Shown here: one piece after another, positions 57,947 through 64,000 of the stretch
Numbering within the stretch: position 1 is the stretch's first letter
Layout of the letters: every line of letters begins with the position of its first letter
NCBI GenBank assembly: GCA_963810935.1
Contig: CAWEPK010000010.1
Location: forward strand, 192,001-256,000
Length of the DNA stretch: 64,000 nucleotides
From: an uncultured delta proteobacterium
Lineage (GTDB): Bacteria; Desulfobacterota; Syntrophorhabdia; Syntrophorhabdales; WCHB1-27
Direction of reading: 5' to 3'
Notes under the pieces: generated by a model
Seen by the model: the letters and a program-made list of their open reading frames with translations, nothing else
What the model was told of the DNA's origin: nothing
The model's database searches: none
Made by a program: the position numbers and the translations under genes

Positions 57947-58273
57947 ATGAGGAAGAAGGGCTATCATATCATAAAGCGGCCGGGCTCTTCCGCAGCACCT
58001 CAAAAAACGGTCGAGGAGATCGTAAAAGAGGCAAAACAGGCCACCAAGGGGAACTACCGCGAGCAGTCGCTCGAAATCCATGGTTTGATCTGCGCCAAGT
58101 GCGCACGTGAATTCGAGGAGAAGGACCGGCACCTCCTGACGGTGCACCACCGCGACGGCAACCCCAACAACAACCCCCCGGACGGCTCCAACTGGGAAAA
58201 CCTCTGCGTTTACTGCCATGACGACGAGCACAGCAGGGGCCTGACCGGCGACTACCACGAGCGAGGAAGATGA
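57947..58273 (+). CDS. yajD: YajD-family HNH nuclease
   Basis: YREQSL....IC..C.REF, LTVHH.D....NNPPDGSNWE.LC.YCHD.EH. Confidence 0.85.
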   Translation: MRKKGYHIIKRPGSSAAPQKTVEEIVKEAKQATKGNYREQSLEIHGLICAKCAREFEEKDRHLLTVHHRDGNPNNNPPDGSNWENLCVYCHDDEHSRGLTGDYHERGR

Positions 58274-58321
58274 TCTCCCGGTAACAGGCGCACCATGCGT
58301 ATCGCCGGCCCGGAGAACCCC

Positions 58322-58350
58322 TTTACATCGTAAAAGCGATATTATATAAA
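58322..58350 (+). promoter_or_regulatory. putative sigma70 promoter
   Basis: TTTACA-17nt-TATAAA upstream of the NEW3/ABC operon. Confidence 0.45.
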
Positions 58351-58413
58351 ACATTGCAGCGCCCGGACATCCTGCGCTAATGGGTGCGAAAAAGAACATA
58401 CGGAGGCAACTAT

Positions 58414-59628
58414 ATGCGGATAACCCAGAGGCGGATTTTCTCCTCTATTCTTTGCGCGGCGCTGCTGCTCCTCACGCTCTGCACCCTCGTTGCCGCCCAG
58501 GAGCAGGACAACAAGGCACGTGCAGCGGGGCCTGAGAGGGGCATAGCCGTATTCACCGAGTATTCCGGCGTCACAGTCGGCATCGGCGAGCCGGTGAGAA
58601 TGGACCTGATCCTCCTTAACAAGGGCCGCAGCGACGAAACGATAAACGTGAAGCCCGCCGAGGTCCCTAAAGGCTGGAAAGTCACGCTCAAAGGGGGCAG
58701 CTACGACATATCGGGCCTTTACGTGCCGGCGGGAAAGACGAAGAATGTAACACTGGCCCTGGAGCCGGCCAAGGGCGTGCGCCCCGGCGACTATGTTTTC
58801 GGTTTCGAGGCCGTGACTGCGGACGGCGCGTTCAGTGCGAAGCACAATCTTAAAGTAGTCGTGCTCGCCAAGACGGCCGAAGGCAACGATATACAGTTGA
58901 CTACGTCGTACCCTGTCCTCCGGGGCCCGACGGATTCAAAGTTCGAGTTCTCGCTGGAAGTGCTCAACAAGAGCGATGCGGAAAGAACGCTCAACATAAT
59001 AGCCGCAGGCCCCGAGAAGTGGGAGATCACGACAAAGCCGGCTTATGAAGAGAAGCAGATATCGAGCTTCAGGGTGAAAGGCGGCCAGAGCCAGAACGTG
59101 ACGGTGCAGGTCACCCCGGCGAAAGACGCGCCCGCTGGCGAATACCCGGTTTTTGTCCGCGTCTCCTCGGGTGAGAAGCGCACGGAAGTCAGACTGCTGG
59201 TCGTGCTTACGGGCATTTACAAACTGGATGCCGCAACGCCCAACAACCTCCTTTCCATCGAGGCGGTGCCCGGGCAGGTATCGCGATTCAACTTCTTCGT
59301 CAAGAACACGGGTTCTGCGGTCAATAACCGCATCGCCTTCGATTCTTTCAAGCCTGAGAACTGGACCGTGGAGTTCAAGCCCGACAAGGTCGATGGGCTC
59401 AAGCCAGGTGACGTAAAACAGATCGAAGTCAGCGTAAAGCCGAACGCGCAGGCCCTAGTCGGCGACTACTCGGTAGGCATCGCAATAAATGGCGAAAAGG
59501 CCGACAAGACCCTGGAGATGCGCGTCACCGTGCGCTCGTCCTCGGCATGGGGCTGGATAGGGATAGGCATCATCCTCTTCGTTATCGCAGGGCTTTGCGC
59601 CCTGTTCGTCTGGCTTGGGAGACGGTAA
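58414..59628 (+). CDS. NEW3 (NPCBM-associated) Ig-like repeat membrane protein, ABC-transporter associated
   Basis: Signal peptide; three N.G....P.GW...G.Y Ig-like units; C-terminal TM helix and GRR. Confidence 0.8.
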   Translation: MRITQRRIFSSILCAALLLLTLCTLVAAQEQDNKARAAGPERGIAVFTEYSGVTVGIGEPVRMDLILLNKGRSDETINVKPAEVPKGWKVTLKGGSYDISGLYVPAGKTKNVTLALEPAKGVRPGDYVFGFEAVTADGAFSAKHNLKVVVLAKTAEGNDIQLTTSYPVLRGPTDSKFEFSLEVLNKSDAERTLNIIAAGPEKWEITTKPAYEEKQISSFRVKGGQSQNVTVQVTPAKDAPAGEYPVFVRVSSGEKRTEVRLLVVLTGIYKLDAATPNNLLSIEAVPGQVSRFNFFVKNTGSAVNNRIAFDSFKPENWTVEFKPDKVDGLKPGDVKQIEVSVKPNAQALVGDYSVGIAINGEKADKTLEMRVTVRSSSAWGWIGIGIILFVIAGLCALFVWLGRR

Positions 59629-60380
59629 TGGAGGGAAGGCCCGTTATAGAGACCGTAGGCCTGAAGAAGGTGTACGGCTCTCAGATCGCGGTAGACGGCC
59701 TGACGCTGAGCATCGCGGAAGGTGAGGTGTTCGGGTTCCTCGGGCCTAACGGCGCGGGCAAGACAACGACCCTGCTCATGCTACTCGGTCTCACCCAGCC
59801 GACTGCGGGCCATGCCGTTGTCTGTGGGTTCGACCCGGCCAAAGACCCTATCAGAGTGAAGGAGAAGGTCGGCTACCTGCCCGAGAACGTAGGTTTCTAC
59901 GACGAAATGGACGCGAGGCAGAACCTGCGGTTCGTGGCCAGGCTCAACCGCCTGCCCGACAAAGTGTCCGCACCTAAAATCGATTCGCTGCTCGACGCTG
60001 TGGGTCTCCTCGGCGAAGCCAAAAAGAAGGTTGGGGCTTATTCCAAAGGGATGAGGCAGAGGCTCGGCATCGCGGAGGTCCTGGTCAAATCGCCGAAGGT
60101 GGTCTTCCTCGACGAGCCGACGGTGGGCCTCGACCCGGACGGCACGAACCGCATGCTCGATCTGATCCATTCGCTGAGCAGGGACAAGGGCATTACCGTC
60201 TTTCTCTCTTCCCACCTGCTCGACCAGGTACAGCGCATTTGCGATAAAGTGGGCATCATGATCAAAGGCAAGCTTGTGGCAACAGGCCATATCGACGACC
60301 TTGCCCGCGAGAAGCTCGGGGATGAGACCGGAGCATCGAGTCTCGAAGAAATTTACATGAAGTACTTCAAGGAGGCCTGA
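59628..60380 (+). CDS. ABC transporter ATP-binding protein
   Basis: GPNGAGKTT, YSKGMRQR, FLDEPT, SSH; TAATG overlap. Confidence 0.95.
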   Translation: MEGRPVIETVGLKKVYGSQIAVDGLTLSIAEGEVFGFLGPNGAGKTTTLLMLLGLTQPTAGHAVVCGFDPAKDPIRVKEKVGYLPENVGFYDEMDARQNLRFVARLNRLPDKVSAPKIDSLLDAVGLLGEAKKKVGAYSKGMRQRLGIAEVLVKSPKVVFLDEPTVGLDPDGTNRMLDLIHSLSRDKGITVFLSSHLLDQVQRICDKVGIMIKGKLVATGHIDDLAREKLGDETGASSLEEIYMKYFKEA

Positions 60381-60382
60381 GG

Positions 60383-61345
60383 TTGGGCGGCATCTTCTCT
60401 ATATTCAGGAAGGAAATGGAGGACTACTTCTCCAGCATCCGGTTCGTGCTGATCGCGGCGCTGATAGTAATGGTAGGCATCATTGTCGCCTCGATGGTCG
60501 GCATGACCATCCGCGAAGAGGTCAGGGGCATGGCGAAGCCGACACTCCTTTTCCTCTATCTTTTCACGTCTACGGGCAAGCTTTTCTCGTTCATCCAGTT
60601 CATCGGCTTCTTCGGCCCCCTGATCGGCATTGTGCTCGGCTTCGACGCCATAAACCGTGAGCGGGCATCGAGGACGCTTGCCAAGCTCGTCTCCCAGCCC
60701 ATTTACCGGGATTCGATCGTCAACGGCAAATTCCTGGCAGGCGTAACTACCATCGCCATCATCCTCGTCTCCATCATGCTCATCATATCGGGCATCGGCA
60801 TCAAGATGCTCGGCATCGTGCCCGGCGCCGAGGAGCTGCTCCGCCTTGCCGTCTACCTGGTGGTAAGCCTCCTCTATATCTCATTCTGGCTCGGCATATC
60901 GATCCTCTTTTCAGTCATGTTCAAGAGCACGTCCACCTCGGCGCTGGCGGCCCTGGCGCTGTGGATATTCTCGTCCTTCCTGGTGCCCCTGGGGGCAGGC
61001 TTCATATCCGACGCCGTCGCTCCCGTCGGGCAGACGAGCGGAAGCGAGGTCGAGACCGTACTGAAGCACGCGGAAGTACAGCAGACCATATCTCTGTTTT
61101 CGCCCACGAAGGTTTACGGTGACGCGACTTCGACAGTGCTCGATCCGATGCGCAAGACGACAAACTCCGTGGTGCTCGTCGGCCCCCTCGAAAGGATGTC
61201 GCAGGAGCGCTTTCAGAACCCGCTGCCCATGCGGGAGAGCCTTGCCATTGTGGCGCCGCATTTGGTCTCGCTCTTTGCGCTGACGTTCCTTTGCTTCGGC
61301 ATCTGCTACCTGGTATTCATAAAGCAGGAGATACGGACGGTATAG
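60383..61345 (+). CDS. ABC-2 type transporter permease
   Basis: KE...Y, LGFDAINRER..RTL..L.SQP..R..I..GKF, terminal F.KQE. Confidence 0.9.
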   Translation: MGGIFSIFRKEMEDYFSSIRFVLIAALIVMVGIIVASMVGMTIREEVRGMAKPTLLFLYLFTSTGKLFSFIQFIGFFGPLIGIVLGFDAINRERASRTLAKLVSQPIYRDSIVNGKFLAGVTTIAIILVSIMLIISGIGIKMLGIVPGAEELLRLAVYLVVSLLYISFWLGISILFSVMFKSTSTSALAALALWIFSSFLVPLGAGFISDAVAPVGQTSGSEVETVLKHAEVQQTISLFSPTKVYGDATSTVLDPMRKTTNSVVLVGPLERMSQERFQNPLPMRESLAIVAPHLVSLFALTFLCFGICYLVFIKQEIRTV

Positions 61346-61368
61346 CGGACCGGTTCACGAGAGAGATT

Positions 61369-62318
61369 TCACGTCCTGTTCTTCAGAAACGGGTGGTAGT
61401 CGCCGCGCAGGGGCGCCTGGTTCGCGTTCCTTATCTCGAAGACCGTCTGTATGGCAGGCTTCACGTCGTCGAGGCCGAACCCCTTCCCTTCGATTATGGC
61501 ACGGTAGCTCTCCGTGTGGAGATCGGTGAAACCATCCGAGAATTCGACTCCCGGTTGTCCAGAGTGATCGAACGGTAGGTGGTCTTGCCCGAAGCCACAG
61601 CGGCTTGCGGCAAATCGGCCGCTTCCAGCGACAGGAACCAGCGCACGCGCGCGTGCTCCAGCTCTAGAAAGCCCGCAGCCCGTGTCGGCTGCGACAGGTG
61701 GACGACGTTCCACTGCGTCTTTCCGAATATCCACTGTATCATATCGAAGAAGTGGACGCCGATGTTCGTGGCGATTCCGCCGGACCTCGACACGTCGCCT
61801 TTCCACGAGACAAGGTACCAGTGTCCTCTCGACGTGATGTATGTCAGGTCGATATCGACCTTCTTTTCCGGCGGCGACGCTTCAATCCGCTCCTTGAGCG
61901 CCCTGATGACGCTGTGCAGCCTGAGCTGGAGTATGGCGCTCACCCTGCGGCCCGTGTCGGTCTCGATCTCCTTTAGCGCGTCGACATTCCAGGGATTCAG
62001 GACCATCGGCTTTTCGCAGACGGCATCGGCCCCTACCCGCAGTGCGAAGCGGATATGGGCGTCGTGCAGGTAGTTCGGGGACGCGATGCTCACATAGTCC
62101 ACCCGCTTCTCCGGCCCAAGGCGCTTCAGCTTCTCGATATGCCTGTCGAACCTCTCGAATTCGACAAAGAAATCGGACGCAGGGAAATAGCTGTCCATGA
62201 CGCCGACTGCGTCATGCTTGTCCAGGGACGCGACGAGGTTGTTCCCCGTCTCCCTGATCGCTCTCATGTGGCGGGGCGCAACATAGCCGGCCGCACCGAT
62301 CAATGCAAAATTTTTCAT
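61369..62318 (-). CDS. wbpB: Gfo/Idh/MocA oxidoreductase, WbpB/WlbA-like; apparent 1-nt deletion at ~61547
   Basis: GAAGYVAPRH, SPNYLHDAH, CEKP, LQLRLH, TNIGVHFFD; C-terminus EFSDGFTDLHT..Y...HPF in the shifted frame. Confidence 0.85.
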
Positions 62319-62322
62319 CGGC

Positions 62323-63480
62323 TCACCCCTTTCTCCTGGTGTTATCGGTTTGCATGAAGTCCATGGCGGCCTTTACAACCGCCCCCGCCTGTTCATCGCT
62401 CATAAGCGGCTCCATGGGGAGGCTCAGGACTTCCCGCGCCGCAGCTTCCGCCCGGTCGAGTGGGAAGACCGCCGCTGACGCGGAGAAGAGCCGCATAAGG
62501 TGGAGTGGATAAGGATAATAGACCGCGCTGTCGATCCCGCTTCCCGCAAGGTGCTCCTTCAATGCGTCACGACGGCCGGCTTCGACGCGCACCGTGTACT
62601 GGTGATAAACGTGGCCGTCGTTATCGCCGGGCGCGACTAAACCGTCGAGCCCGGAGAGTCTGCTGCCATAGAAGGCGGCGAGGTGGCGGCGGCGGGCGTT
62701 CAGCTCGTCGATATACGGAAGCTTCGCCAGAAGCACCGCGGCCTGAAGCGTGTCCATCCGGGCGTTGTAACCTACGTGTTCCACGTTGTATTTGTCATTG
62801 CCGCCGTGTTTCAAAAGCATCCGCACAACGTCCGCGAGCTCACTGTCTTTTGTTGAAACAAGCCCCGCGTCGCCGAAGCACCCCAGGTTCTTGGAGGGGA
62901 AGAAGCTGAATGCAGCCGCATCGCCCAGGGACCCGCACTTCTTGCCGCCGTGAGACGCTCCAAAGGCCTGGGCGACGTCCTCCAGGACGAAAAGCCCCCG
63001 GTCCTTCGCTATAGACAGTATCTCCTCCATGGGGCACGGCCTGCCGTATAGGTGCACGGGCAATATGCCCACAGAGTTGAGATGGGTGGAGGAAAGGCAG
63101 GCATTTATCCGTGCCGGATCTATGTTGAAAGTGGCCGGATCGATATCGACAAAAAGAGGGGTCGCGCCTGCGCGCAGGATCGCGTCTCCGGTGGCAGTGA
63201 AGGTAAAGGGCGTAGTGATAACCGCGTCGGTCCTGTCGAAGTATTCCTTTCCTTTAGTTTTAATGGCAAGGGCGCGAAGCGCGAGGACGAGGGCGTCCGT
63301 CCCGGAGGAGGCGCCTATGCAGTGGACAACCCCCAGGTAGCCGGCCGCCGCCTTCTCGAACCGGCCGACCTCCGGCCCGAGTATCCAGTGCTGGTGGTCG
63401 AGGCAGGTGCGTATCGCCGCGTCTATCCCGGCCTTCATGTACTCATATTCGCGGCCGAGGTCGAGCAGCGGCACTGTCAT
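62323..63480 (-). CDS. wbpE: DegT-family aminotransferase, WbpE/WlbC-like
   Basis: SGTDAL, PVHLYG, EDVAQAFG, SFFPSKNLGCFGD, NARMDTLQAA; lies between wbpD- and wbpB-like genes. Confidence 0.8.
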   Translation of the reverse strand: MTVPLLDLGREYEYMKAGIDAAIRTCLDHQHWILGPEVGRFEKAAAGYLGVVHCIGASSGTDALVLALRALAIKTKGKEYFDRTDAVITTPFTFTATGDAILRAGATPLFVDIDPATFNIDPARINACLSSTHLNSVGILPVHLYGRPCPMEEILSIAKDRGLFVLEDVAQAFGASHGGKKCGSLGDAAAFSFFPSKNLGCFGDAGLVSTKDSELADVVRMLLKHGGNDKYNVEHVGYNARMDTLQAAVLLAKLPYIDELNARRRHLAAFYGSRLSGLDGLVAPGDNDGHVYHQYTVRVEAGRRDALKEHLAGSGIDSAVYYPYPLHLMRLFSASAAVFPLDRAEAAAREVLSLPMEPLMSDEQAGAVVKAAMDFMQTDNTRRKG

Positions 63481-64000
63481 GCCTTCCCCGCCTCCTTGAG
63501 CTTAGAATAGTCGTCTCTCTCCTGAAGGGGCTGAAGGAATGCTTTTGTCAAGGAGTATATATTGCCGCAATAGGCACACTCGAACCTGTCGCCGGCCCCT
63601 TTAAGGGTCGTGCCGCACTTGCATGTCCATGCCGTCCGCCGGGCAGGCATGCCCGCAACGACGGCATAGTCGGGGACGTTTTCCCTGACCAAGGCGCCGG
63701 CCGCTACGAGTGCATAGCACCCGATTGTCGCGCCGCAGACTATAGTGGCGTTTGCCCCTATGGTGGCCCCCTTCTTTACGAGCGTCTGCCTGTATTCATG
63801 CTTTCTCTCGATGAACGCCCTCGGGTTGTAGACATTGGTGAATACGCAGGAAGGTCCGCAGAAGACGCCTTCTTCGAGCGTGACGCCTGTATAGATCGAG
63901 ACGTTGTTCTGTATCTTGCAGCCGTCTCCGATGACGGCCCCTCTTTCTATACAGACGTTCTGGCCGATGACGCAGTTTCTCCCTACCCTGGCGCCTGCCA
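63477..64000 (-). CDS. wbpD: hexapeptide-repeat N-acetyltransferase, WbpD/WlbB-like (5' truncated by window)
   Basis: Frame open from 63998: IGQNV..CKIQNNVSIYTGVTLEEGVFCGPSCVFTNV.NPR..GATIGANATIVCG, C-terminal C.CG...C..CG. Confidence 0.85.
   Translation of the reverse strand, partial: AGARVGRNCVIGQNVCIERGAVIGDGCKIQNNVSIYTGVTLEEGVFCGPSCVFTNVYNPRAFIERKHEYRQTLVKKGATIGANATIVCGATIGCYALVAAGALVRENVPDYAVVAGMPARRTAWTCKCGTTLKGAGDRFECAYCGNIYSLTKAFLQPLQERDDYSKLKEAGKA

Noticed and set aside
57947..58273. HNH gene as a homing endonuclease or defence system
   Set aside because: It matches the conserved stand-alone YajD pattern, with no intron, methylase or defence partners nearby.

Overview
GC-rich bacterial window. 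Gene content (CoA ligases, TRAP/TAXI transporters, UbiD, DUF362, DUF169) suggests an anaerobic, aromatic-degrading Desulfobacterota/Syntrophorhabdus-like organism; this is inference only. Layout: (1) two acyl-CoA ligases and a DUF4337-like gene (1-2.7 kb). (2) A ~27-kb surface-polysaccharide locus (3.1-30.4 kb) rich in tailoring enzymes (MBOAT/SGNH, CapK-like ligase, four GNAT-fold proteins, four deacetylase-fold proteins, AsnB-like amidotransferase), preceded by an ops-like element and interrupted by an inverted Gly/Ser-rich lipoprotein gene. (3) DUF362/DUF6599 genes, an AroE-like gene, a Tat-exported PaoABC-like molybdoenzyme and a Na+/solute symporter (30.5-38.7 kb). (4) A ~15.5-kb integrase-less putative island bounded by an intact initiator tRNA-Met (54361-54434, minus) and a 43-bp degenerate copy of its 3' part (38812-38854). 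It carries UbiD+TAXI-TRAP, a radical SAM/SPASM enzyme coupled to a secreted Pro-rich protein with two VKYG motifs (best candidate for an uncharacterised splicease-type peptide-modification system), a DUF1566 gene resembling a DGR target, an ankyrin protein, a Ser-rich protein behind a sigma28-type promoter and a second TRAP system. (5) sucCD, a DegT-family gene, a YajD-like HNH gene, a NEW3/ABC module and a wbpD-wbpE-wbpB-like block. Nine single-base indels interrupt eight otherwise intact genes and are most simply explained as sequencing/assembly errors. All family assignments are by eye from motifs, without HMM or BLAST searches.
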